Part shown: one piece after another, positions 1-13,104 of the stretch
Numbering within the stretch: position 1 is the first letter of the stretch
Layout of the letters: the number at the start of each line of letters is the position of its first letter
Source of the DNA: Tubiluchus corallicola
Lineage: Eukaryota > Animalia > Priapulida
Length of the DNA stretch: 51,594 bases
Direction of reading: 5' to 3'
Assembly (NCBI GenBank): GCA_030141605.1
Contig: JAQGDQ010001258.1
Span: 1-51,594 of the forward strand
The notes under the pieces: generated by a model
The model's input: only the letters and a program-made list of their open reading frames with translations
Databases searched by the model: none
Told to the model about the DNA's origin: nothing
Made by a program: the position numbers and the translations under genes

Positions 1-3000
1 CACAGAAAAGACTGATATAGAATGCACGAAAGCACCGAAAAGACTGAGAGAGAAAGCACGAAAGCACCGAAAAGACTAATAGAGAAAGCACAGAAAAGAC
101 TGATATAGAATGCACGAAAGCACAAAAGCACAGAAAAGACTGAGAGAGAAAGCACGAAAGCACAGAAAAGACTGATAGAGAAAGCACGAAATCACAGAAA
201 AGACTGAGAGAGAAAGCACAAAATCACAGAAAAGACAATTAGAGAAAGCACAAAATCACAGAAAAGACAATTAGAGAAAGCACAAAAACACGGAAAAGAC
301 AATTAGAGAAAGCACGAGATCTCAGAAAAGACTATTAGAGAAAGCACAAAAGCACAGAAAAGACTGATAGAGAAAGCACAAAAGCACAGAAAAGACTGAT
401 AGAGAAAGCACGAAATCACAGAAAAGACTAGAGAGAAAGCACAAAATCACAGAAAAGACTGAGAGAGAAAGCACAAAAGCACAGAAAAGACTGATAGAGA
501 AAGCACGAAATCACAGAAAAGACTGATAGAGAAAGCACGAAATCACAGAAAAGACTGATAGAGAAAGCACGAAATCACAGAAAAGACTGATAGAGAAAGC
601 ACGAAATCACAGAAAAGACTGATAGAGAAAGCACAAAAGCACGGAAAAGACTGATAGAGAAAGCACAAAATCACAGAAAAGACTATTAGAGAAAGAACAA
701 AATCACAGAAAAGACTGTTGGAGAAAACACAAGATCACAGAAAAGACTATTAGAGAAAGCACAAAAGCACAGAAAAGACTATTACAGAAAGCACAAAAGC
801 ACAGAAAAGACTATTAGAGAAAGCACAAAATCACAGAAAAGACTGATAGAGAAAGCACGAAATCACAGAAAAGACTATTAGAGAAAGCACGAAAGTACAG
901 AAAAGACTGATAGAGAAAGCACGAAAGCACAGAAAAGATTATCGGAGAAAGAACAAAATCACAGAAAAGACTGTTGGAGAAAACACAAGATCACAGAAGA
1001 AAAGACTATTAGAGAAAGCACGAAAGTACAGAAAAGACTATTAGAGAAAGCACGAAAGTACAGAAAAGACTATTAGAGAAAGCACGAAATCACAGAAAAG
1101 ACTATTAGAGAAAGCACGAAAGTACAGAAAAGACTATTAGAGAAAGCACGAAAGTACAGAAAAGACTATTAGAGAAAGCACGAAAGTACAGAAAAGACTG
1201 ATAGAGAAAGCACGAAAGTACAGAAAAGACTGATAGAGAAAGCACGAAAGTACAGAAAAGACTGATAGAGAACGCACGAAAGTACAGAAAAGACTGATAG
1301 AGAACGCACGAAAGTACAGAAAAGACTATTAGAGAAAGCACGAAAGTACAGAAAAGACTGATAGAGAAAGCACGAAAGTACAGAAAAGACTGATAGAGAA
1401 CGCACGAAAGTACAGAAAAGACTATTAGAGAAAGCACGAAAGTACAGAAAAGACTGAGAGAGAAAGCACGAAAGTACAGAAAAGACTGATAGAGAAAGCA
1501 CGAAAGTACAGAAAAGACTGATAGAGAAAGCACGAAAGCACAGAAAAGACAATAGAGAAAGCACAAAAACACGGAAAAGACAATTAGAGAAAGCACGAGA
1601 TCTCAGAAAAGACTATTAGAGAAAGCACAAAAGCACGGAAAAGACTGATAGAGAAAGCACAAAATCACAGAAAAGACTGATAGAGAAAGCACGAAATCAC
1701 AGAAAAGACTGAGAGAGAAAGCACGAAATCACAGAAAAGACTGATAGAGAAAGCACGAAATCACAGAAAAGACTGATAGAGAAAGCACGAAATCACAGAA
1801 AAGACTATTAGAGAAAGCACGAAATCACAGAAAAGACTATTAGAGAAAGCACGAAAGTACAGAAAAGACTGAGAGAGAAAGCACGAAATCACAGAAAAGA
1901 CTGATAGAGAAAGCACAAAAGCACGGAAAAGACTGATAGAGAAAGCACGAAATCACAGAAAAGACTGATAGAGAAAGCACGAAATCACAGAAAAGACTGA
2001 TAGAGAAAGCACGAAATCACAGAAAAGACTGATAGAGAAAGCACGAAATCACAGAAAAGACTGATAGAGAAAGCACGAAATCACAGAAAAGACTGATAGA
2101 GAAAGCACAAAAGCACGGAAAAGACTGATAGAGAAAGCACGAAATCACAGAAAAGACTGATAGAGAAAGCACGAAATCACAGAAAAGACTGATAGAGAAA
2201 GCACAAAAGCACAGAAAAGACTAATAGAGAAAGCACAAAAGCACAGAAAAGACTGATAGAGAAAGCACGAAATCACAGAAAAGACAATTAGAGAAAGCAC
2301 GAAAGCACAGAAAAGACTGATAGAGAAAGCACGAAAGCACAGAAAAGACTATTAGAGAAAGCACGAAAGTACAGAAAAGACTGATAGAGAAAGCACGAAA
2401 GTACAGAAAAGACTATTAGAGAAAGCACGAAAGTACAGAAAAGACTAATAGAGAAAGCACGAAAGTACAGAAAAGACTGATAGAGAAAGCACGAAAGTAC
2501 AGAAAAGACTGATAGAGAACGCACGAAAGTACAGAAAAGACTGATAGAGAACGCACGAAAGTACAGAAAAGACTATTAGAGAAAGCACGAAAGTACAGAA
2601 AAGACTGATAGAGAAAGCACGAAAGTACAGAAAAGACTGATAGAGAAAGCACGAAAGTACAGAAAAGACTATTAGAGAAAGCACGAAAGTACAGAAAAGA
2701 CTGATAGAGAAAGCACGAAAGTACAGAAAAGACTGATAGAGAAAGCACGAAAGTACAGAAAAGACTGATAGAGAACGCACGAAAGCACAGAAAAGACTGA
2801 TAGAGAAAGCACGAAATCACAGAAAAGACTGATAGAGAAAGCACGAAATCACAGAAAAGACTGATAGAGAAAGCACGAAATCACAGAAAAGACTATTAGA
2901 GAAAGCACGAAATCACAGAAAAGACTGATAGAGAAAGCACGAAATCACAGAAAAGACTGATAGAGAAAGCACGAAATCACAGAAAAGACTGATAGAGAAA

Positions 3001-3460
3001 GCACGAAATCACAGAAAAGACTGATAGAGAAAGCACGAAATCACGGAAAAGACTGATAGAGAAAGCACGAAATCACAGAAAAGACTGATAGAGAAAGCAC
3101 GAAATCACAGAAAAGACTGATAGAGAAAGCACGAAATCACAGAAAAGACTGATAGAGAAAGCACGAAATCACGGAAAAGACTGAGAGAGAAAGCACGAAA
3201 TCACAGAAAAGACTGAGAGAGAAAGCACGAAATCACAGAAAAGACTGAGAGAGAAAGCACGAAATCACAGAAAAGACTGATAGAGAAAGCACGAAATCAC
3301 AGAAAAGACTGATAGAGAAAGCACGAAATCACAGAAAAGACTGATAGAGAATGCACGAAATCACGGAAAAGACTGAGAGAGAAAGCACGAAATCACAGAA
3401 AAGACTGAGAGAGAAAGCACGAAATCACAGAAAAGACTGATAGAGAATTCACGGAAGCAC
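1..3460. repeat. 32-bp tandem satellite, about 108 copies visible, truncated by the window start
   Basis: Unit GATAGAGAAAGCACGAAATCACAGAAAAGACT with blocks of variants (AAATCAC/AAAGCAC/AAAGTAC; GATAG/ATTAG/GAGAG). Confidence 0.98.
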
Positions 3461-3749
3461 AGAGTAGCACCAGAGAGTTTGATATATCACCTCATGCTTC
3501 CCGTTGCCTATCTAGTGTTTTTTCTATTACGTTATTAATAGTATTTCATGCTTCCTGAGTTTTTCTTAACAGTTGCTTTCTTTTTTGATAAGCGATTGTG
3601 TTATTATTGATTAAAAAATCTAAAAATATGGCTTCTCTTAATCTTTTGTGTAAATTTTTTGTTCTTTGTTTCACTCGAAGGAAGTTCCCAGTTGCTGTTC
3701 GATTAATTTCTTCATTTTTGATTTAAAGAACTTGCTTTCTGATACTTAC

Positions 3750-3871
3750 CTCTCCAAACTCATTGAAGTCATTGTGAGAACGGAACAAATGGCAGACATG
3801 TTTTGCAGGTAGTAAACAATCTTACACATCTCAGCTCCAAATGTCCAGGTGAATGATATAAACTCTGCAAA
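3750..3871 (-). CDS. Class A peptide GPCR, coding exon 3 (ECL1, TM3, start of E-R-Y motif)
   Basis: Acceptor attatttcAG, then phase-0 FAEFISFTWTFGAEMCKIVYYLQNMSAICSVLTMTSMSLE + AG, then donor GTAAGT. Contains the WxFG ECL1 motif, the conserved TM3 cysteine and S-L-E-R. Length 122 nt = 40 codons + 2. Not in the ORF track. Confidence 0.95.
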
Positions 3872-4078
3872 CTGAAATAATAATCAAAAATCTGCAGTAA
3901 CAAATAGTCAGTAGTTTTTTTTAATTACTTAGTATTAATAACTTAAACAATTCAGCCTCAGTTTAGCTGTACATTATACTTTATTTGCAACTGCCAGTAA
4001 GCGTAATGTTACGTGATTTAACTGTATGAAAAAGGTTTTTTGGACTTACTTTAAAATTCCTCTTTCTTTATCCTTTAA

Positions 4079-4853
4079 CCCTTAGCCTACCAAGGTGGGG
4101 TAAGAAATGACCACAGCTGTGTTTACTCATTTTTGTATTGATGCATACAACGATAAATTATCAAACTAGTAGAGATTTTCCAGTTTGTTATGCAACCATA
4201 CCTTGCTTTTGTTGAAAACTATTATTCATGTTTTTGCAAAGCGTGAGCGCCAGATTACCTGACGTGTGGTAATTTATTACCCCGCTTGGTGTTTTATGTA
4301 GGGAAAATTTTTGAGATAAAATAGCAATATTTTTCTTTCTGGCAGCACCAAATGTTTACATTAACTACTAAGAAATGCGGCAAACCTCCAACTGCAGCCA
4401 GCAATTCTACTAAGTGATTTTGCTAATGACCTGCTGATGAAATTTCATGTGAAATTTGTGGTCATTCTTCATTTTCCAATATGGCGGGAACTTTTGCTGT
4501 ACAGGTGACTAAGCATGAAGTTGATGAAGACGAAATTTTAGAAGATTTAGCAAGTGAAGATGAAGTGGATGCCTTAGAATTAAATAGTGAATATCATTAG
4601 TCTATTATGTCACAAGACTTGAAAAGCCACGTGAAAACAATATAGCATAAACAATATAGTGCAGTGGTGGAAAGCCTCCTTTTTTCCTTGGTGCCCTCAC
4701 AGATCTACGCCAAGTTGCCGCAGAACTTTGTTTTGTATTAATAGGAGCACCACGATTACCTGTTGTTCATTCTATCCAGTTTGTAACACATATTAAGGGA
4801 AATTTCCATGGGGTAATGTTTGACCTCATAAAAATCCCTTGGTCAGATAAGGG
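4079..4853 (+). mobile_element. Non-autonomous piggyBac-type DNA transposon (about 775 bp)
   Basis: TTAA at both flanks (4075-4078, 4854-4857). Left end CCCTTAGCCTACCAAGG versus reverse-complemented right end CCCTTATCTGACCAAGG. Subterminal GGGGTAA...TGACC motifs. Internal acidic stretch DEDEILEDLASEDEVDALELNSE. TTAA TSD plus CCC termini is the piggyBac hallmark. Confidence 0.8.
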
Positions 4854-5669
4854 TTAAAAGTCGGTGGAACAAACAGAACAGGAACTATTAACAGTGTTTT
4901 TAATGACTGCCACAATTAACGAACAATGCTGATGCAAGGGCGTATTGGCAGTGATGCGTTGAACATGTTTACGCCATAGCAATGACTAGCACGTGTAATA
5001 AACAACCTGCGGGGTTGGGTTTCAATTTCTATCGTGCACATTTGGCTGTACATTAAGAAATTTTGCGGGTGAGTGTGGACTTTGTACAAGAACCTACAGT
5101 GATTAGTGAAATTGAATTGGCTTATCTTACACGATTAATCACATTTTTTTCAGCAAACCTCTGTTTCACAGATCGAGGTTTGCACAGCACTTGATAGGAT
5201 TCTAATAAATTTCATCTGAATAAAATCCCGTTTCGATGATAATGGAAGTTCTTATCGTGTGTGGCAGCAGTAAGAGTGTAAAGTATAGTGTTCCTACACA
5301 ATGCTATGACATTTGCAGCAGAACTTCTGGGTAATGAGCTAAACGAGATTTCTGCATTAATGTACGTATTGCCCAAGGATATGAGGAATAGAATCTCATA
5401 AGACTTCCTCCATTACGGCATACCAGAAACTCTTGGTGCCCACGTCAACACAGTCATATACCCGGCAGCATAAACAAATATTTACAAATATTCATTATAC
5501 TCTCAAGTAACGGCTGACACAATAACTGCATTATACAAAGAAGCCATTCTATTCTCAATAATGTTGTGTCAGGAGTGTCATGTTGAACTAGCCACAAGGT
5601 TTTAGCCTAGCTTCCAAATCTGGTTTCACACCTTTTACATAGTGCCAGGAGGGATCCACCAATCAATGC

Positions 5670-6553
5670 CGGGGGCTACTCAATGTAAGTGGTTGTGGCG
5701 GGAATGGTATCTATTTCATTATAAAAAGATTTGATAATGATAGCGGGGGCTACTCAATGTGAGTGGGTGTGGTGGGACTGGTACCTATTTCATTATGAAA
5801 AGATTTGATAATGATAGCGGGGGGCTACTCAATGTAAGTGGGTGTGGTGGGACTGGTACCTATTTCATTATAAAAAGATTTGATAATGATAGCGGGGCTA
5901 CTCAATGTGAGTGGGTGTGGCGGGACTGGTATCTATTTCATTATAAAAAGATTTGATAATGATAGCGGGGGCTACTCAATGTGAGTGGGTGTGGTGGGAC
6001 TGGTACCTATTTCATTATGAAAAGATTTGATGATGATAGCGGGGGCTACTCAATGTAAGTGGGTGTGGTGGGACTGGTACCTATTTCATTATAAAAAGAT
6101 TTGATAATGATAGCGGGGCTACTGAATGTAAGTGGGTGTGGCGGGACTGGTATCTATTTCATTATAAAAAGATTTGATAATGATAGCGGGGGCTACTCAA
6201 TGTAAGTGGGTGTGGTGGGACTGGTATCTATTTCATCATAAAAAGATTTGAAAATGATAGCGGGGGCTACTCAATGTAAGTGGTTGTGGCGGGAATGGTA
6301 TCTATTTCATTATAAAAAGATTTGATAATGATAGCGGGGGCTACTCAATGTAAGTGGTTGTGGTGGGACTGGTACCTATTTCATTATGAAAAGATTTGAT
6401 AATGATAGCGGGGACTACTCAATGTAAGTGGGTGTGGTGGGACTGGTACCTATTTCATTATGAAAAGATTTGATAATGATAGCGGGGCTACTCAATGTAA
6501 GTGGTTGTGGTGGGACTGGTACCTATTTCATTATGAAAGAATTGATAATGATA
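5670..6553. repeat. About 74-bp minisatellite, about 12 copies
   Basis: Unit GGGGGCTACTCAATGTAAGTGGGTGTGGTGGGACTGGTACCTATTTCATTATAAAAAGATTTGATAATGATAGC, with a variable G-run length. Confidence 0.97.
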
Positions 6554-6734
6554 CTTTTATCGTAAATAGCTATACAAATTACAATCATACGGCTCTGTAT
6601 TAAATCCTATGATTACTGTATTAAATTCTACAATTTTATGCAGAGTAAAGGAACGTTACGAAAACGTTGCAAAGTCTTATTCGAACTGAAATCTGGAACT
6701 AGACGCTCTGTACTGAAGGCGTTTGGGATTTTAA

Positions 6735-7286
6735 AGGAAACATGATTTTTTATATTCGACCATATCGAAAAGTATATATACATTTTAAGACCCATAATAA
6801 TGCAAATGGCGTTTCAGGTAATTGCCTAATAGGTTAAAAGCTTAGTTAACGGTGGGCGAGCCCAGCTAGTCATCACAAATGAACATAATTTTCAACAGCA
6901 CAAACATTTCACTGGCTTGTTACACGTGTTTGTGAAGGTGAAGGTTGAAGTACGGTACTGCTGTAGAATATAAAAAAACTTGGCAAATTTTAGGTTTAAA
7001 ATTCAAATTTCAAATTTACCGCTGTGTGTGTACGTGTGCATTACGTCACAACTGTGCACTATGCGCGCCTCTGGACGGAGAGATACAGCACTTGTTTTTC
7101 GTGCAACGTAAGGCGTTTCCGAGTAGTGCGTTACATTGAATGGCGAAATACAGCGAAGAACTAGAAGTTTTAGCGGTAATAATTCTTTCATGTAAGTCTC
7201 TCTTGGAAAGTAATGTGTTAATAGTGTTTTCTTTCAATACTTTATAAGGTAGATTGTTTCGAGGTATAGTTAAAGATGGGCCCGAG
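6735..7286 (+). mobile_element. Kolobok-like non-autonomous element family A, degraded copy lacking a clear right end
   Basis: Begins TTAA|AGGAAACATGATTTTT. Shares internal blocks (GGGCGAGCCCAGCTAG, AAATTTACCGC, CAGCGAAGAACTAG, GTAGATTGTTT) with copies at 14753, 15912, 23276 and 34641. Confidence 0.7.
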
Positions 7287-7569
7287 TAAGTAATGATTTC
7301 ATTTACTCAATAAATGGCACGGGCCAGATGTCTTAGTTATGTTTGGATGTCAATAGACTCAATACATTCTGGTCGCGACGACGCGAAAACTAAAGTCTTA
7401 TGCCAAGTATAGGAATTAGTTGCAAGCTTTGAAAGAGCTGATTATATAATATTTATTGTACACAAATTTCATTATGTACTCTACGTATAACATATAGATG
7501 ATTAAAGAAAAATGTCAAGTTTTGTGCTGAATATAAACTGTAATTAAAGAACTGGAATTGAAAACGACT

Positions 7570-7612
7570 TGGCCGGATGGTGGATTTGAACCCAGGACCA
7601 GTGCCACACGCA
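7570..7612 (-). mobile_element. Possible tRNA-derived SINE head fragment
   Basis: Minus strand GGTCCTGGGTTCAAATCCACC contains a Pol III B-box (GGTTCRANNCC). No cloverleaf or clear A-box. Confidence 0.35.
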
Positions 7613-9274
7613 TTCCTTCTTATAGAACTGCTAACTGTTCACGAGTTTTCAAATATTGCTAATAATTACGTAACCTGCGGCAGGTTTGATAGGCGTATCT
7701 TCAAACTTTTCTGTTGTTCGGCATATATAGGATGAGACGGTGAGTCTAGTCAAAGGTGGCCATATTGGGTAAAGAAGACAGCTTGAAAAAATTAAGATAG
7801 GTAGCTTTTAGGCAAGTTAATACTGCCATTGTTGTCATGCTTGTTAGTAATTTCATTGTAATTTTTGCATTGTTTTCTGTTTAGACAACCGCCTCTTTCT
7901 TCTATTTTTAAATTTGTCTCTAACGTGTTAACGGGCCATTTTGTAACCAGGGAAAATAGGGCAAATATCCAGCAAGATTGCAAGAATCTTGGTACCCTAC
8001 CATAATTCCTGTCAGTTTTATATGGAATGTTCCTTGCAATGTCATTGTCAATTGTCATTCTTAAGAAAATACATTCGAAAAAGTTTTCGTCATGGTACGT
8101 TGAAATATCTTCCTTTTGTGTATAAAGAATATCTTATACTAATTATTGTATAATTATATAATATGATAACTGTAAACATAAGTCTCTCGCAAGTTGCTAA
8201 TAGCACTGCTAAGTTAACTAAATACCTTTTATAAATCTTTTATAAATGGGGGGGGGGGGGCTGCTAAGTGACCATTACGATCTTTAAGCATTCCGTCTCA
8301 ATGCAATTACAATAGACTGCTTGCAATTAAACAGTATTATTATATGCATCTGGAATAAGACAAATAAACTAAACTGAACTGAAACTTGATGCTAACCGAT
8401 TAAAGATGTTGCTTTTTCAAATTGTTGCTCATCCACTCATTCATTAAAATGTTGCTTTTCAGGCCTTTTTGGAATAAGAGGCCGTGCGCCCCTAAGCTTC
8501 ATTAGTTTCAATGTGGACTCGCTTCTCGCTGTTGAGCATTAGGGAAAAAAACAAGTCTCTCGGGAAGTTGAGCTCATTTTAATATTTGGAAAAAATGTTA
8601 GAAAGTTTCAGCCATAAAATTATGATGAGCATCTCGTGTAATTAGTAAAATCAATTTAAAATCGTGATTGCTTTATGCTCTCGCGCGCTCATTTTAGACG
8701 AAAAACGACGTCATTCGGTTTCCGTGCAACATAAACACTTATCCCGCCAGAATCATTTATTAACTTATAGAGCGAACTCTATAAACTAAGTAACCAGCCC
8801 GGCACCTACTACGTACTGGCAAGTTCACTTGCGTATCTAAAAGTCAACAAAAATCTGTAAATTAATTATTTACACAATTAATGTTAATTTCATACACATT
8901 TTAAGGTGTGATCTTGTATATTAAAGCCGTGTAACCGCATTAAATTTGATCATAATTGATCGAATGACTAATTTCTAGATAAGCACAGTTAGATACAACA
9001 TTAGAATAACGGAACTTCTAAGCAAATTGTAGAAATTTTGCAACGTCACCTTCACCATAGTTTGCCTTTGCGGCATTCACGCTGCCCAGCAGACACCAGC
9101 TTACGTCATTTTTGAAATGCGTTCATTTGGCGGGAGATAAGAAACATTTAAATTTCTTTTACATTTTTAAGCAAAGCACTCCATGCTCATATTTGCATTG
9201 TGATTTCAATATTTTTAATTTTACATTAAATTGCAATAAATCTTGTTCGAGGGTTGGTTCTTCCTTTAACATGT

Positions 9275-9359
9275 TCGTTCCCAGTAACTACATACGCCTG
9301 GATGAAACCAGACCATCCTCGTTCCCAGTAACTACATACGCCTGGATGAAACCAGACCA
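9275..9359. repeat. Short direct duplication (41 nt twice, period 44)
   Basis: TCGTTCCCAGTAACTACATACGCCTGGATGAAACCAGACCA at 9275 and 9319. Confidence 0.9.
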
Positions 9360-9823
9360 ACCTGTTGTAAATGTACACCCGTCGAACAATGCTAAATTGA
9401 CTGTCATCACGACATCCAAGCATTTAGTGACATTGATATGCGTGTACGGACAGAGAGTCCTTTGTCCAGATGTGCTGGTCATTTGTAGCTCTTGTATCTC
9501 GTGCTATTTACTTCTGTTAGAACAGACAATAAAAACAATACAACCAATTAATTTAGGCCAACGAGCGGTCAATAAACGAGGTACGTTAACTAGGTGCTTA
9601 TTTATGATGAATACCGCGCGAGGAACCTTATACTTGCCGAGGGTTAATTGGTAATGGAAGCCCAGGTGTCATCATGTGTACTGTTCTGTTTCTAAACTTA
9701 AACTGGAAACAAAAACTAATTTTCTGCAACTACAAGTCTGTTTAAGTACTCGTCGCAAGCATCAGCTGACAATTTTCAGTGCCTAGTTGACCATTTTTTA
9801 TCATTGTACTCCCATTACTTCCA

Positions 9824-10616
<793 letters not shown>

Positions 10617-11672
10617 TTATGCCAGTCACATTTGTTGAAGACATTTGTCAGGTAAAATTCTAAAATAAGCGAAATCAACCCTCAAGACAGGTAAACAAAG
10701 CACTAATCCAGAAAATAACCTAGGCTCTGCTATGCTAGCGGCTTGTCAGCGCCACTTGCGGCTACCACCGCGCCTGAAAATTTCCGTATAGCGATAGTAG
10801 AAATTGTTTATGCATTACAGACAGATTTTGTAAATTTGTTAGTTACATTTTTCTAAGTTTAAGTGATAACAGTAGAATAAACCCGACATGCTGAGTGACT
10901 TGTTCTTTCGTTTAATTGGTGGTGTTATCGTCAAATGGCTTCGCCGGCTGTAGCGGCTTCACTCAGATAAAACTGTAATCTTGCCACGCACGCAGTCTTA
11001 AAGGAATAATTATAGTAATGACGCTTAATTTAACTTTGTTAAAAGTCTATCAACAAGCACTTAGAGTGAAAGATAAGTTGTTGCTTTGCTTCCATGTTAG
11101 GCGATGAGTTTAAAACCTTTTGCCCGAATGTCATTCCAGATGAAGTGTCAAAATAAATGTGTTTAAAAATAGCATCTGAGAACAAAAGAAAGCTCGTATC
11201 TACAATTCAGTGACCTGGTAATAAATGCTACCTAATGTAAAGATTTCCGGTATTGCTAGAGACTATTTAACCGCATTTTCGTGTAAACCTTGGACAAGAA
11301 AAAACACCCCGTTTAAGATTGATTGGGCACATGCTTAGACTGCCTGATGATAATCCAGTGAAGACAAATCTTTAACAAGCCAAAGAACCAGCTAAAAACC
11401 TGCAGGAGGACAAATGTTATCTAGATTCTGCACAGAAAGATTTAAACACTTCAAAACTGATCCTTAGAAAAAAATGCACTTGGGGCATTGCGGCAAGCAG
11501 GGAGTCCTGGCATAGGGAGGTGAATAGAATCATGTCCCTGGACGTATGATTCATTGGATGATGATGGTTTTCGTGTAACTGCCTTCAAAACAGGTAAACA
11601 CATCAGTAAGTCAGCAAAAAAACGAGGTACCACTTCCGAGAATTTCATTTTCTTTTATTTTAGAATTCTGTC

Positions 11673-12915
11673 TACAACATACGTGGTGGGCATAAGACGA
11701 TTTTCGTATAAGAATTCACTGTTTAATATACAACATACGGGATGGACATAAGACGATTTTCGTATAAGAATTCATTGTTTAATATCCAAAATACGTGGCG
11801 GGCAAAAGACGATTTTCGTATAAGAATTCACTGTTTAATATACAAAATACGTGGCGGGCAAAAGACGATTTTCGTATAAGAATTCACTGTTTAATATACA
11901 AAATACGTGGCGGGCAAAAGACGATTTTCGTATAAGAATTCACTGTTTAATATACAAAATACGTGGCGGGCAAAAGACGATTTTCATATAAGAATTCACT
12001 GTTTAATATACAACATACGTGATGGACATAAGACGATTTTCGTATAAGAATTCATTGTTTAATATCCAAAATACGTGGCGGGCAAAAGACGATTTTCGTA
12101 TAAGAATTCATTGTTTAATATACAAAATACGTGGCGGGCAAAAGACGATTTTCGTATAAGAATTCACTGTTTAATATACAACATACGTGATGGACATAAG
12201 ACGATTTTCGTATAAGAATTCATTGTTTAATATCCAAAATACGTGGCGGGCAAAAGACGATTTTCGTATAAGAATTCACTGTTTAATATACAAAATACGT
12301 GGCGGGCCAAAGACGATTTTCGTATAAGAATTCACTGTTTGATACACAACATACGTGGTGGACATAAGTGATGGGCATAAGACGATTTTCGTATAAGAAT
12401 TCTCTGTTTAATGTACAACATACGTGGTGGGCATAAGACGATTTTCGTATAAGAATTCACTGTTTAATATACAACATACGTGGCGGGCATAAGTGATGGG
12501 CATAAGACGATTTTTCGTATAAGAATTCTCTGTTTAATGTACAACATACGTGGTGGGCATAAGACGATTTTCGTATAAGAATTCACTGTTTAATATACAA
12601 CATACGTGGCGGGCATAAGTGATGGGCATAAGACGATTTTTCGTATAAGAATTCTCTGTTTAATGTACAACATACGTGGTGGGCATAAGACGATTTTCGT
12701 ATAAGAATTCACTGTTTAATATACAACATACGTGGCGGGCATAAGTGATGGGCATAAGACGATTTTCGTATAAGAATTCTCTGTTTAATGTACAACATAC
12801 GTGGTGGGCATAAGACGATTTTCGTATAAGAATTCACTGTTTAATATACAACATACGTGGCGGGCATAAGTGATGGGCATAAGACGATTTTTCGTATAAG
12901 AATTCACTGTTTAAT
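11673..12915. repeat. 56-bp minisatellite (about 21 units) with a dimeric 56 + 68/69-bp segment in its distal half
   Basis: Unit ACGTGGCGGGCAAAAGACGATTTTCGTATAAGAATTCACTGTTTAATATACAAAAT. After about 12350, alternate units carry an extra CATAAGTGATGG block linked to TCTC and AATGT variants. Confidence 0.97.
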
Positions 12916-13104
12916 AAAAATGTCATTTCAACTTGAGACCAACCTACCTAACGAAACAATAAATAATATCTGCCCTGTGTTTTCTTCACTTATTCTTGAT
13001 GTCCTCTAAGACAATCTATAAGACAGTTTGTATACTTAGACATTTGGTATAGAATATACGTCGTTATTGTCGTTATCCGCTGAGATTTATTATAGGTTTT
13101 AAAA

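Noticed and set aside
1105-2844. Five hydrophobic minus-strand ORFs resembling membrane proteins
   Set aside because: They are translations of the 32-bp satellite; the same peptide recurs in all frames.
4428-4464. CTGATGA...GAAA hammerhead-like string inside the piggyBac element
   Set aside because: No convincing stem II or stem III; expected by chance in AT-rich DNA.
7570-7612. tRNA gene
   Set aside because: Only a B-box/T-arm-like segment is present; no acceptor, D or anticodon arms could be built.
9112-9654. 180-aa plus-strand ORF
   Set aside because: Non-ATG start, contains a 44-bp duplication and a transposon-like end (TTCTTCCTTTAA), and has no recognisable domain.
11673-12915. CRISPR-like appearance of the 56-bp array (and of the 36-bp hairpin array at 48079)
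   Set aside because: Units are contiguous with no unique spacers, there are no cas genes, and the context is a eukaryotic intron.
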